The notes: generated from the sequence alone by a model not told the origin. A DNA stretch of 64,000 nt from the human T2T-CHM13v2.0 reference genome, Homo sapiens (GCF_009914755.1 NC_060930.1); one strand, 5' to 3'; positions 39,801 through 55,995 are shown, counted from the stretch's first letter. Program-made: numbers and translations.

Positions 39801-41783
39801 GACTCTTGCACTTTTGTTCTTGATACCCAGAAAAATGCTGCAAGGCAAAATGGAGGGGCAACTCTGGTCTTCATCTTTCAGATGAGGACTCTGAGCCCGG
39901 CACTTACCTGCCCACATCCATACAACGTGACAGCAGATCTTGGACTCACATCCAGGGCTCTTTGCCCTCCTTGTCCTGGGATTTTTCCGGATACAGACAG
40001 TGGCCTTCTGTCATCGCTCTCCTGCACACAGACATGGAGAGATGCTTCCTTCTCAGGAAGGGCATTCAACCCACCTAACAAACACACGTGCGGCTCCACT
40101 GCGGAAAGAAGGTGAACCAAACTAGAAAGAAACAACTCCGTGTGGTAACGTTTGCATAGATTATACCACCCAGTCACAAAGCTCTTCTACACACGGGGTC
40201 TCAATGTTAATAAAAACTTAGCTGGGGACAGGGGTGTGAATATTCTATCTCATCCCAACTGAGGTTAAGACAACAAGCCACCGTGTATGCCAAGGCCCTT
40301 TAAAGTCCCGGCTTCAGCTGAGAGCACTCAAGGGTACAGTGGCTGGATGTCTTTATTCCAGTGAAGTTTCCTGGGGCCATAATTCACAGAAGTCCTCTGT
40401 CCTGGGGCCACTAAGGATTGACTGTACAAGTGAGCTGTTTCTCACATCTACCTATGTTTTACAAAAGCACACACTGTAGGTTCTCTTGCGTTCCCATTGT
40501 CGAGATGACTGTTAATAGTTATCTGTACACTTTTTGTACATCACCTCAGTTAACTCCTGCATATGCTCTGTGCATAAATGAAGGTTTAAAGATCATGTAA
40601 CCAGCTCAGGGTTATTACACGGCTGGTAAACCATAGTCGGGATTCCAGCTCGGTTTTAGGACTTCAGAGCCCAGCTGGCCAGCACAGAGTTAAGTTAGGT
40701 CATGTTAAACTCTTCCCCACTGGCCAGCAGGTGGAAGCTGCCTTTGAGGGGTATATACTCTCTCCCCAAACCAAAGCATAGGCAACAGGTCCAATGCAGC
40801 AAGACCCATTCCTGTACCTGTCTTTATGCCTCTGTGACAGATGCTTTGAGGAAGACCAAGATGAAGAGGACCGGCCTCCCAGGGCTCACATCCAATGAAC
40901 ACATACTTGTTGAGTTGTATCTGTGGCTTGTTGGACTTAGAAGTAATACAGAATTTTGAGCGTAGTAATTTCCTGGTATGTTGTGAACGAAATGGAGAAA
41001 TAGTTTATTGGATGGCGTTCAGGTGGGAAAACATAATACTGTGATTTTTACTATAACACTTTCCCCAAGCACTTCCACACTTCCCTTCATGTTTCAGAGA
41101 TACCTGACATTCCCCGAGATTTGAATCTCGGTCCAATAGCTCCAATAGTGTGTTAAAGGGCATCACTTGGAGAAGGGCGAGTGTTGCCAAGATTCCAGCC
41201 AAAATGTGTTTCAAAATCACATGGGGTGTTTTCTGAAACCGTATTTACTATAGAAATACTAGGAGAAACAAAAAGAAAGAAAGAAAGCCTGGATCCATCC
41301 TGCTTTGTATTCTAAATACTGAATTTTCTTGAACTCTAAGAATTTACATAAGATGAAGCAACACTCAGAAAAGGTTGGCTGATCCTAAAAGGATTAAAAA
41401 TCCTGTCTCAGTGGTCCAAGAGCCCTTTGTAATTTCAGCTGCTCATCGTCCTTGACTATATTTGCCAGTTTTCTGATATGAAAATGCTGGAGGTGTTCAG
41501 CACCGTGCCTCAGTTTGGGAGGTCTGCAGACACAGTGGCGGGAAGAGATGCTGTCTGATTTTTACACTTTGATTGCCTCGGCTCCCACCCACCGTGTTAC
41601 CAAGGAAAAGGAGGCGTATTATCTAGTTTGTGGTTAAGCAGGAACACTTGTATCAATAAATGAGAAATATAAAGGAAGAGTGATTTCCCTTCTATTAAAT
41701 AACCTAAGACAAAAAAAATAGGAAAAAGTTGTTACCCATCAACAATGTTTAAATATCTATGTATTCTAAGAATGAGAAAATGG

Positions 41784-42432
<649 letters not shown>

Positions 42433-42865
42433 AGTCACTCTCAGTATAACTTTTAGGTAATATTCTAAAAGAAATTGGAAAAAAAAATTTCCTACAAATA
42501 ATCTAGTAAATAACCAACTACTTACTTAACATGGTAAAACCACATGGATGGTTCCAAGGTATCTCAAACTGAACATACTCAAAACCAAATTCATGATATT
42601 CTTCTGTCAAACATGCTCATTCCCAGTGTTCCATTTATCAATGCCCTCATTCACCCAGCTACATAAGGCAAAAATTTGGGGGTGGGGTCATCCTTGACAT
42701 TCACTCTCCCTCACCCACAAAGTGGTCACCAAGATTATTCTTTTTGCCTTCAAATTCTTTCTCCGACCTACTTTCTGCATCTCCACCCTCCCACTACCAT
42801 CTCCTCACCTGGAGCATTACCTGAGCCTCTTCTTGCCTCACTTATTTACTCTTGCACCCACTTGG

Positions 42866-43100
42866 GTCCAATCACTACACCTTTCAGAACAGATCTAATT
42901 CTGTTACCATCAGTCCAATCGCTGCACCTTTCAGAACAGATCTAATTCTGTTACCATCAGTCCAACCGCTGCACCTTTCAGAACAGATCTAATTCTGTTA
43001 CCATCAGTCCAATCGCTGCACCTTTCAGAACAGATTTGATTCTGTTACCATCAGTCCAATCACTACACCTTTCAGAACAGATCTGATTCCATTACCAGCA
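42866..43100. repeat. 47-bp minisatellite, 5 copies
   Basis: Unit gtccaatcgctgcacctttcagaacagatctaattctgttaccatca starts at 42866, 42913, 42960, 43007, 43054. Confidence 0.98.
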
Positions 43101-43239
43101 ATCCTGTGCACATGTAAAACCTTCAAGAGCCCACAGGAAGGGGCCCTAATCCTAATTATTGCTGCCCCTCTCTATCTGCCCATCCCTGCAGGCTCCTGGC
43201 TGAGGTTTTGCCATGGGATTTTCTTTAACCCAAGGATGT

Positions 43240-43471
43240 GATCAGAGGTGGCACATGCCTCTTCTCCCTCTGCCACGAGATGGGCATGACCCAAATTCAA
43301 GCTGCTTCTTTAGCCTGGGTCCCACAGTGAACAGGGTCCATGGAGCACAGCTGCAGCTGGCCCAGAGTCAAGACGGAACACAAGTGAGAAATCAACCTTT
43401 GTTACTGAGCCATGGAGATCTCTGCATCTGTTTGTTACACAGCATTACCTAATGAGTGCTAACTAATACAC
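43240..43471 (+). mobile_element. MLT1J/K-type LTR fragment
   Basis: gctgcttctttagcctgggtccc..gtgagaaatcaacctttgttactgagcca..tgtttgttacacagcattacctaa..ctaactaataca. Confidence 0.7.
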
Positions 43472-44191
43472 AGGGTTTCTCACTACTGTTAGATTAAAAT
43501 CCAAAATCCATAACTTGGCTTCAAAACCCTGCTTCCATTTCTTTAAGTTAAGCTTGCTTCCTCACACCAGCCCTGTGTTCACCCTCTTCAGAGCCCCACT
43601 CCCCTCTCGGTTGTGTTGGCAATGACCAGTTTCCACTTCAGTTTAGAAGTCACTTCTGCAAGGAAGAGGGTCCCTTACCCTCTGTCAATCCACCACATAC
43701 TGCTCCTTCCGAGAATGTATCAGATTTGTCATTTGATATTTATTTTCTTGTTGGATTGCTATCTCTACCTCTTCTTGAGGCATTAATAACCACGAAAATT
43801 TCTTTGCTTATTTGTTTAGTGTCTGTCCCTCCTCCAGCCTCCACACACTCTCAAAATCTCAGAAGAACAGATACTTTCTGGTTTTGCTAACCATTGAACT
43901 CAAAGGCTAGCTAATTGCCTGGCACATAGTAAGTGTTCAATACGTTTCTATGAATGAATGAATGATTCATAGAGGACCAAACACTATAGTTTAAAATATA
44001 TTCTAAAATGTAAACATAATAATTATTAAAGCATTTGCTGAATTGAGTAACATGATTAAATGCTTGTATTTAAGAGCAGTAACGAGATTATAGTAATCTA
44101 GATGTCTGTCTTCTCCCATATCCACATCATTCCTGCCTCTGAAGTGCTGATTATAAGTAACACCCTACTCCCGTGTCACGTGGCCTGACAG

Positions 44192-44377
44192 CAGTGCTTC
44201 TCAAACCCCAGCCTGCCTCAGAATCAGCTGGAGGGCTCGTTAGACACGTACAATGCTGGTCCCACCCCCAGAATGTCCGATTCCGTACTATGAGGTAGGA
44301 CTCAAGAATGCACATTTCTAACAAGTTGTAGGGGGTCCAATGCTGCTGGTCTAGGGACCACCCTAGGAAAGCCACTG
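44192..44377. mobile_element. MER5A
   Basis: cagtgcttctcaaac..cagaatcagctggagggctcgtta..atttctaacaagtt..aaagccactg. Confidence 0.85.
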
Positions 44378-45681
44378 CCTTAGAACTTACAAAGCACTTT
44401 CACTGGGAGAGGTGGGAAGAGAAGAGAAGCAACTTCTGTGCCCCAGAAACTTCCCGTTGGTTATTGCAAAGATTCCAGAAGCAACCAGAGACTCCGACTG
44501 AGACATTCCACAAACCATGCAGGAGCCACTTCCATCCAACAAGTCGGAACCTCTACTCCAAAATGTCCATTCTTAAGCATGCCATGTTTTCACAAAGGAG
44601 AAACAGACACATCAGAAACCACAACCCAATGTTTCCTTTACACATCTGTATATTATAAAATGTCAGGTTTGCTCAGCAGGAGAGCGAAGGGGAAGTGGGA
44701 CCCTCGCTTCCAATTGAGTAGAGGTTAAATTCGCCTGTGCTCAGGAATGAGATTTGAGCATGAAGCGAACCTGTCGGGGAGCGGCCCCCACAAACACTGA
44801 GGCTCAGAAAAGCCTCGTCCCCACCCGCTCCTCCCTGAGTAGAGGCAGGAGTCTGAGAAATACCACCCAGGCTGTGCAACTCTTAGTCACTCTAAGAATA
44901 TATTGATTTGGTCCCGTACATGCTTCATTTACTCATCTGCTGCTATTCCTTGCCCTTCAGTCCTTGTCCTGATTATTTTTATGCACAATCAGAGAAATGT
45001 CTTTCCTTGAGCCCCAAACCCCTTTTATTTTCCTGAATCTGGAAAACCTGGTGTGACCAGCACATTCCAGGCACCCGGCCCACCCTGTCTCACCTCGTCA
45101 GTGTGCTGCCTGATGCCTCTATTGGACATCCCACACAAAGAACAAGATGTCCAGACTCCCCAGGAAAAGGTGGGGACAGGGCAGGGGAACTTGTTGATTC
45201 CACCCTAATCAAACCCCATTTCAAACCCTGAAATGAACGTTTCTCACTTAATCCCAATTCTTCACACTTGTCTTAGGATGTGATTTAACATGAAATGTGA
45301 AATATTTGCTTTGTGGCACTCGGGTCTGGTCTGCACACCGATTCCACGGTGCTAATCCCCTCGGAGTGCTGCAATTTAAGACCGGAGCTGGCAGGAAGCG
45401 CCTCACTCTCTGTGGAGCTACAGCAGCCTGTCTGTGAAACCTACTCAGGAGAGAAACCAGGGAAAGGGAGCGAGCAGGAAAGCAACTATGTCTAAACTGC
45501 CCCCAGGGGAGCCCTGTGCGCCTCTGACCCTCACAGCTCCATAGCACTCAAGGACCAAAAGCAGGCCACCAAGTTTACCATATGTCCTCTTTGAGAGGTA
45601 CAAAATACAGCACTGTACACTCTTTTCCATCTTTCTCTCATTTTTCTGAGAGGAAGCAGTGGTTAAGAATGCAAGTTTTGG

Positions 45682-45973
<292 letters not shown>

Positions 45974-47166
45974 ATGCAAGTTTTGGAGTTCTATATTAAG
46001 TTCAAATTCTGAATCTGCCACATTCTATACCTTGGACAAATCATTTTAAACTTTCAGCAGATTTAGTTTCCTCCTCTGGAAATTGGGATGGTAGCAGCAA
46101 CTATTCCATAATGATTTTATAAAAATTAAATGGGGTAATTTGTGTGAAACACCCAGGATAGTGATGGTAAATAGAAAGAGACCAATCCAAGGTAGTTGCT
46201 AAAACTATTTTATTGCTATTATCACTAAGAGTGCTTATAAAGAGGAAACCAGGTGGTTGTGGTTGTTATAAAAGATGTCGCTGATGCTTTGGCTCTCCTG
46301 GGTACCATGTTTTTGCATTGTTTAGGTGACTCTTGGATGTCTCCACATCTGTATTTCACTGGAGTTGTCTTATGTAGACCTATGCACAGCAGAAGTAATG
46401 TATATTTGTGGTTGTGGCTATTAGAAAAGCCAACTAACATTATATTCATTTTACAGGCAGAAAAAAATAGGAAAAGATTCCATCTCTTGTGCATGGCAAA
46501 CCAACATGAAAAATGAAATCCCAGCTTCATAATTCACCATATACTGGTCCCAGAGGTGGGCCTGTTAGTGATGCTTTGGAGGAGCTCCCAAAGAGAAACC
46601 CCACGACAGTGGCAGCAGCAGGAACAGCAGTGGTCTTCTCATTAGTTCGGGTGATGATTTGCCAGGGAACACGGAGGCTAACACATGCTACTCTAGTGAG
46701 ATATTGACGGTGTGACCCTCTGTTCAGTGTGTACCCCAATGCCATATGCTGCAAAATCAAGGCAGATCTGAGAACATGTTACTGCTGGGACCAGGGATAT
46801 GGGTTCGACACCACTGCTCACACCATGCCAGGGGACTCGATTCAAATGCTCTGGGACACAATACACTGTGACTGATGCTCCCTGTCATTACACAAACTGT
46901 ATGCTGAAGAAAAAAAAAAAGAAGAGAAATTACTTCATTCCTGCTCTCTCCCAACCATCCACGTGAGAGGCTAGAACCTAAAGAAAAAAAACAAATTCAT
47001 GATCCCTGGAAGCAGGAATAGTCAAGGGATTTTCATGAACAAGAACGGCTGATATTCCATTATTAAACCATTTGTGATACTCAACGGTGATGCTGCTCCA
47101 CTCGGCGACACCAGACCTACATCCATCCGTGTGTTGACAGTGCCTTGTTCTACGGAGGGATTAGGG

Positions 47167-47330
47167 CATGGTGTGCTGGGAAATGTTCAACACTTTGCTG
47201 CCTGGGAATAAAAGTCTTGATTTCCCAATTTCCATGGTGTAAATACTGCCACTATGGTCATTTCCAAGTTACCAATGTGATTTGAATGCAGAGTTGGGAA
47301 GGGGAACACATCTTTTAGGGTTATGGCTCC
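47167..47330. mobile_element. MER63A-like hAT MITE
   Basis: ggtgtgctgggaaatgttcaaca..tttccatggtgtaaatact..tgaatgcagagttgggaag. Confidence 0.75.
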
Positions 47331-47874
47331 CAAGGACAAGGGGACGACAGGGAGAAAACACAACACGGAAGTCAAATAAATAAGAATTCAACAAAATTAA
47401 AATCTGAAGAGGTATAACTAGGGAAAATGGAAATCACTTGTAAGAATCCCTCCATATATTTGCAATGATGCTGATTTTTCTACTGTGCATAGGCCTACAC
47501 AAGTCAACCCCAGTGAACTACAGATGTGGTGATATCCAAGAGTCACCTAAACAATGCAAAGACATGGTACCCAGGAGAGCCAAAGCATCAGCAAAATCTC
47601 AGCCAAAGCACACAAGCGACTACTGAGAAGAGGGGTCTAAAACATTTTTCTTACTTATGAAACAAACAAACAAAAAAAAACTATGAGAAAGTCGAAAGGT
47701 ATGAGATTTTCTGAATTTAAGATTGGAGCATACTTATCCAAATTCTATTCATCTCTTTTTGAAACTTTGTCACTCACTCCCCAGGCTTCCAATTGCTCAT
47801 GCCTCAGTTTCTTCCTCTATGAAATGGGTGTGCTAATCATGAATTTCCTATCCCACAGCATGATACAACTACCG

Positions 47875-48663
47875 TTTTATTTTTTTACTGATACATAATA
47901 TTTGTACATATTTATGGGGTACATGTGATATTTTCTTGCATGCACAGAACGCACAAGGATCAAGTCAGGGTATTTAGGATATCTACCGCCTCAAGCATTT
48001 ATCGTTTCTATGTATTAGGAACATTTCAAATCCTTTCTTCTAGCTACTTTGAAATACGCAATACATTATTGTTAACTGTAGTCACTTTACTCGGCTATCA
48101 AATATTAAGAATGTATTCTTTCTATCAAACTGTATGTTTGTACCCATTGACCAATCTATCTTCATCCTCCCACCAACCACACACCCTTCCCAGACTCTGG
48201 AATCTATCACTCTACTCACCACCCCCATGAGAACAGCTTTTTTAGCCTCCACATATGAGTGAGAACATGTGATATTTGTTTTCTGTGTCTGGCTTAACAT
48301 AATGACCTTAACATAATGACCTTCACTTAATGTAATGACCTCCAAGTCCATCCATGTTGCTACAAATGACATTCTTTTATTCTTTTTTGAGGACAAATAG
48401 TATTCTATTGTGTCTATATATACATTTTCTTTACCCATTCATCTGTTGCTGGTTATGTAGGTAGATTCCATATCTTGGCTCTTATGAATAGTGCTGCAAT
48501 AAACATGGGGGTGCAGGTGTCCCTCTGATATACCAGGTTCCTTTCCTTTGGATTAAAACTCAGTAGTGTGACTGCTGGATTGTATGGTAGTTCTATTTTT
48601 AGTTTTCTGAGAAATCTCCATACTGTTTTCCATGGTGGCTGTACTAATTTACATTCCCACCAA
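47875..48663 (-). mobile_element. L1MA 3' end
   Basis: gtacatatttatggggtacatgtgata..tccacatatgagtgagaacatg..gtactaatttacattcccaccaa. Confidence 0.92.
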
Positions 48664-49392
48664 TATCATCTTGAACACCCTCCTAACTACCTTTTAAAAT
48701 GAATACCAAACCACAGAAAGTTCACTGAGGGCATTTTTTCACTCACACCTTAGATTGCAAGAGCTTGGAATTCAGAAATGCTCACCTTTCAGAACTATAA
48801 CTTCTAGACTCCCTAAAACTAAATATCAGCAAACAAAACCTGAAAATCAATTTTTAAAGAATGTCACTTGAGAGTAACCTGGACAAAATCTGAGAAACCT
48901 CTGTTCAAAGGTATCAGAGAACCACCAAGACAGAAAAGACTTGAAATGCCAAGATCCTTCTAGAGAAAGGAAGTCACTGGCGTCACTCTTTCCCTGTAGG
49001 CACTTCTATTTAAAAGTAACAGCAGAGAGGCTAAGAAGCTGAGCAAAGATTTCAGGCATCTCACAGAGCTGAGGAGGCAAAGATTGGAATATAGCACTCA
49101 CCAAGAAAGAGAGTCCTACTAAACATCTGATGCTTTTAGTTGGGACCCCTCAAAAGTTACTCCTAGGAAAATATATGCCTTTCTATATAGGAGTATATGG
49201 AGATATATAAACCCCTAGAAATACTGGAGATGAACTTGAATCAACTCAACATCTGATTAAAGTGATCAATTCCTATACTTACTACCTACCAAAAGCAAAA
49301 ATAAATTTTGAGAGGAAAATAAAATAATCTCAATAATTTTATACAAATTGAAACTTAATCAAAATAATAATTTGATCAAAAGTAACTAGGCA

Positions 49393-49500
49393 AAGCCAGG
49401 CATGGTGGCATGCATTGGTAGTCCCAGCTACTGGGGAGGCTAAGGCAGGAGGATCACTTATGCCTAGGAGTTAAAAACCAGCCTGCAAAACATAGCCAAA
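49393..49500 (+). mobile_element. FLAM/Alu monomer
   Basis: agccaggcatggtggcatgc..gtagtcccagctact..ggaggatcactt. Confidence 0.8.
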
Positions 49501-51730
49501 AAACTATCTTTAAACAAATAAATAGGCAAATTGATAAAAAGACAAGAGTGTGCCAAAAAGCAAAAGAAACAAAAAGAAATAGAAGACACAAGAGATCAAG
49601 ATATAGTATTAGAATTATATGACATAGATGTGAAAAAAACATGTTCAAGAAAATAAATGATAAACATATTCAAGAAAATAAATGAGAATATGGTCAATTT
49701 CAGTTGAGAACTATAAATTACTTAAAAAGAATAAAAGGAAATTTTTGGACAGAAAAAAATTAATCACAATTAAGAACTCAATGTGTTTAATAGCAGATTC
49801 AAAATGATAAAGGAGAGATTTAGTCAAATGGAAGGTAGTTAATAAGAAAATATATAAACTGAAGGACAGAAAACCAAAAGAATGCAAAGTACAAAATAGA
49901 GTATAAGATATATGGAACAGCCAGAAAATGTGTCATATTTGCACTTGGAGTCTCAGAAAGAGAAGAATGAGATAATCAGGTGAGAGATGAATTTGTATCA
50001 TGCAAACTTGGCCAAGCTGGTATTACTTTTGTTAGACTTTTCTTCCCTGAATAGCATGGATTCATGTGGGTTACAAGAGATGTTTTGTGCTAGCTTCAGA
50101 AAACAGAAGTGAGGTAGCAGTCATACTCCCTTCCACTCAGAAGGTCATAGCAAAGCACAGGGCGCTATTGCCACTCACATACCTCATCATTTACCTGTGG
50201 ACTGAAATCCTGTCAGATTTCCCCCTTCCAGTAGAGGAGATGGAGCAAGATGGCTGAACAGAACCCTCCAGCAATCATCCCCTGGCCAAAACACAAAATT
50301 GAACAACCATCAGGGCAAGAAAGCACCCTCAGAAGAACGAAAAAATCAGGTGAATGAAGCATTGAAGAAGGTAAGTAAGACAGTCCTGCATTGCCTACAC
50401 CACCCCTCCACCAACCCCAGGAAGCACAGCACAGAGAGGAAATCTGTATCCTCGGAGTGGGGAGAGTGAAGTGAGTGTGGGACTTCACATCGGAACTCAG
50501 TGCTGTCCTGTCACAGTGGAACATAAAACGGGACAGAATTCTGCTGATGACTATGGATGGAGCATTCAGACCAGTCCAGGGCGAGAGAGGAATTCTCCAC
50601 CCCAGTGGGGGGAAACTGAGTCCTAGCTGGTTCCACCACCAGCTGACTAACGTGGCCTGAAGCTTGGAATAAATATGACTGGCAGTCAGGCCACAAGGAC
50701 TGCAGTCTTTGGGCAAGCCCTGGTGCTGCACTGGTCTCAGAGGCAGTAGATTTGTGGTGCAACCAAGTGTGACACCGGCTATGGTGGCCAAGGGAGGGCC
50801 TATGTCACCCCTCCCCCAACTCTGGGCAGACATTCAGAGACAGACTCCTTCTGATTCAAGGAAAGAGAGGAAAGAGAGTGAGAGACATTGCCTGATAACC
50901 CCAGGAATTCTCCCTTCTTTTCCCCAAGAGTCCATTTTTGAAAGCAGCAGAACAACATCAAATGCTGGCAAAGATGTAGAGCAACAGAAACTCTCATTTG
51001 TGAGTGGTGGGAATGTGAGATGGCACAATACTTTGGAGGACACTTTGGCAGTTTCTTATAAAATTAAACATACTCTTACCATGTGATCCAATAATCAGCC
51101 CCCTTGATATTTACCCAAGTGATTGAAAACTTATATGCACATAAAAACTTTCACACAAATGTTTATTGCAGCTTATTCATAACTGCTAAAACTTGGAAGC
51201 AACCAAAATGTCCTTCAGTAAGTGAATAAATAAATTGTGGTACATCCAGATAATAGAATATTATCAGCACTAAAAAGAAATGTGTTATCAAGCCGTGAAA
51301 AGACATGGAAGAATCTTAAATGCACGTTACTGAGTGAAAGAAGCCAATTTGAAAAGACCACATACTGTATGATTCCAACTATTTGACATCCTGGCAAAGG
51401 AAAAATGATGGAGATAGTAAAAAAATCAGTGGTTGCCAGAGGCTAGCAGGGAGGGAGGCCTGAATAGGCACAGCAGAGAGGATTTTTAGAGCAATGAAAC
51501 AGTTCTTTATATCATACTGTAATGGTGGACACATGGCATCATATATTTGTCAAAACCCATAGAATATACACCACCAAGAGTCAACCCTAATGTAAACTAT
51601 GGACTTTGGGTGACAATGATGTACCAATGTAGGTTTATCAATTCTAACAAATGCACTACTCTGAAGTAGGATGTTGATAGTGAAGGAGACTGTGTGTGAT
51701 GGGGGGAAAGGGTATATGGGAATTCTGTAT

Positions 51731-52072
<342 letters not shown>

Positions 52073-52563
52073 TAAAGCAGCAAGGGGAAAAAAGCATATT
52101 ACCATCAAAGGAGCAACAGTAAGACTGACAATATACTTTTCAATAACATAGTGGAAACCAATAGACAACAAAATCACATAAAAGGGCCAAAATAATGTAA
52201 CTCCCGAACTTTAGAATTATATTTGAATTTTATACCCAGCAAAACTACCCATATAAAAATGAAAGCAAGCTGCTTGGGGACATAAAGAGCTGAAAACAGC
52301 ATTGCTCCCACACTAATATGAAAAAGCTAGACAATCTGAAAGTTCATTACTTTCTAAAAACTATCAGAGAACTCAGGTTTCAGAGAAATCAAATGGCCCC
52401 AAATCTAAAGAGATATAAATCTAAGACCTTCAGGGAAAGATGAGATATGAGCACTGGTTTCCCCGAGGTGGACACAAGTGTATGCTTGTAAGAGCAGTTC
52501 AGCTAACATAGTTAGTAAATTGCTGAAAGCTGAGCATGCACTGGCAAGTGTGTGAAGCCCCTA

Positions 52564-53107
<544 letters not shown>

Positions 53108-55514
53108 CTATTTTCCTTAGGGCACCAGTGAAAATACATTGCAGCTGGTGGAAGAGAACCAGAAAAAAAAAATACCCTATCACTATGAGGAGAGAGGGGA
53201 GTAAGAAATATGTGCTGGGTCCAGCACTACAGCCAGCAGAGGAGCAGGGTCATTGAGTCTTAGGAACATAGTGCCCATCTAAGACTGAGGTTCAATCAGA
53301 ACAACAGAGAATATTCCCCCCCATTATCCCACTACTACAAGGCTAACTAGCATTGAATAACAGGTGAGAGTGTAGAACTCCTGGGACAGGGAGAGAAGAG
53401 GGACAAGAGCATATAAACAGACTTTTTCTGAAAAAAGAAAAAGAGGAAGAAGAAGACTTAAAAATGAGCATGGAACACACATTGAAGGAAAAACCCTCTG
53501 GCAAATCTGCCCCTTCTCTAAACAGTAGGTGTCATTAGAGAAATTTAAGGATTGTGATGCACTGAAGTTAACCATAGCAACAACATACCTCAGTCCAACC
53601 TCATCCCTAACTAGCTTATTTCACATCCCAGCACAAAGGCCCAGCAGGAACCAAAAGTGTGCTCATCCCAGCCTGCAAAATGATTGACCCTAGTTTACTG
53701 CATATATGAGATACCTGGCTTTCAGCAAAAAGTAAAGAAGCATGTGAAAAGGCAAGAATATAATAACACTGTTGAAGAGGCAAGGCACTCATCAGAACCA
53801 GACTCAACTGTGATGGGGATGTTTGAACTACCTAATAGAAAAATTTTAAATAACTGTGATTAATATTTTAAAAGCTCTAATGGAGAAGGTAGACAACAGG
53901 CAAGATCAGATGGGCAATTTCAGCAGAGAGACTGAAACTCTAAGAAAGAATTAAAAGCAAATGCTAGAAATTTTTTTTAAATGACAGCAACAGCAACAAC
54001 AAAAAGTAGCAGAGATGAAGAAAGTCTTTGATGACCTCATCAGTAGATTTGACCCAGCTAAGGAGTGAAGCAGTGATGCTGGTTCATAGGAATTACCCAA
54101 ACTGAAAACAAAAAGAAAAATGAGGACACACACACACACATATATATACATACACACCCTTCACATATATTTAAACTGCTGAAAACAAAAGACAATGAGA
54201 AAACCTCAAAGGCAGCCAGAGAAATAAGACACATTATATATAGGAAAACAAAGTAAGAATTAAACAGCCTTCACATCAGAATTCACACAAGCTAAAAGAT
54301 AATGGAGTGACATCTCTTAAGTGATAAGTATAAAAACAAAGACAGATGGAACGAATAGAAAATGGCTAACAAGATAGATTTTAATATAGATATATCAGTG
54401 ATCGCATTAAATGTGAACAGTTCAACCACACCAGTTAAAAGACAAAATTGACAAATTGGATAAAAAAGCAAGACCTGTCCACATTATATCTACAACAGAC
54501 TTCCTTTAAGCAAAAATACAAAAATAGTTTCTTAGAAAATGAAAAAAAAAAAAAGATAGACAAACACTAATGGAAAGAGAGTTGGAGTAGCTATATCAAT
54601 ATCAAAGTAGACTTCAGAACAAGGAATATTATTAAGAATAAAGAAGAACTTTATTTAATGATAAATAAGTCCATAGTCCAAGATGACAAAACTGCCCTAA
54701 ATTGACCTAACAACAGAGCTTCAAATTACATGAATTACAACAAAACACAATGAAACTGAAAGAAGAAACAGACCAATCTACAATTATAGTTGGAGACTTC
54801 AATATTCCTCTCTCAGGAATCAACAGAACAAGTAAACAGAAAATCAGTAAGAACATAGGGCTGATCAACGCTATTGATCAAATTGACCTAAAGCAGAATA
54901 CACGTTGTTTACAAGTGTACATTCCTTAAGAGAGACCATATTCAGACCATAAAACAAACCTTAACAAATTTAAAAGAATAGGAATCATACAAAGTATATT
55001 CTCAGACCATAATGGAATTAAACTAGAAATCAGTAACAGAAAGATTTCTGTTAAACTCCAAAATATTTGGAAATAAACAACACATTTCTACATTACCCAT
55101 GAGTCAAAGAGGAAGTGTTAAAGGAAATAAGAAAATATTTTGAACTGAATGAAAACAAAATTACAGTATATCAAAATTTGTTGGAAGCAACTAAAGCATT
55201 GTTTAGAGAGAAGTTTGTAGCATTAAATGCTTATATGAGGGAAGAAGAAAGGTTTTCAATCAATACTCTAAGTTTTCATTTTGTGAAACTAGAGAAGAAA
55301 AGCAAATTCAACCCAACATAAGCAGAAGAAAGGAAATAATTAAGAGCAGAAATCAATAAAATTGCAAACCAAAGAAATGAAAGCATGAGAAAGACATTTT
55401 CAAACAGAATCTGACAAAATTCATTACCACAGCCCCACATTTTCTTAAAGGAAATGACTAAAACAAGTTCTTCGGATAGAAGCAAAATGATTCTGCATGA
55501 AAACAGAGATATAG

Positions 55515-55995
55515 AGTATTAGTTCCCACTTGCCGCTGTAATAAATGGCCACAAACATCATAGTTTAAAACAATGTGCGTGTATTATCTTACGGCTCTGG
55601 AGATTGGAAGTCTGACATGGTTCTCACTGAGCTTTAAAATCTGTGTCCACGGTGCTGCATTCCCTTCTGGAGACTCCAGGGGATAGTCTGTTTCTTGACT
55701 TTGCTGGGTCTAGAGGTCTCCTGTGTTCCTTGGATCAAGGTCCTGTCCGCCATCCTTAAAGCCAGCAATGTTGGGCTGAGGCCTTCTCACACTGCCATCT
55801 CTCCTTCTCCTCTCCTGCCTCCCTCTTACACAGTTAAGTCTCCTAGTGATGATTAATTGGGCCGGCCCAGGATAATCCCTCGAACTGATGAGCAGCCTTA
55901 GTTCCTCCTGGAACCTTTATTCCCCCTAACATATTCACAGTTTCCAGAGATTAGAATGAGACGTCTTTGTGGGGGCCATTGTTCTGTCTACCACA
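55515..55995 (-). mobile_element. MLT1 (C/D-like) LTR
   Basis: gtattagtt..gctgtaataaatggccacaaac..attcacagtttccagagattag..ggggccattgttctgtctaccaca. Confidence 0.85.

Larger units (their letters stand above)
42520..43966 (+). mobile_element. L2 3' region (hosts the 47-bp minisatellite and an MLT1 piece)
   Basis: ggtatctcaaactgaacatactcaaaacc..gtcatccttgac; 3' tail cctggcacatagtaagtgttcaatacgtt..tgaatgaatgaatga. Confidence 0.75.

Noticed and set aside
42866-43100. CRISPR-like array (hairpin-bearing repeats)
   Set aside because: Units are contiguous with no unique spacers, there are no cas genes, and the context is a mammalian L2. It is a minisatellite.
48294-48340. Short local duplications (also ~35281, ~49638, ~60861)
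   Set aside because: Ordinary slippage duplications of 11-27 bp, mostly inside old repeats.
50213-50833. Longest ORF (206 aa)
   Set aside because: Antisense to an old L1 5'UTR; no protein similarity recognised.
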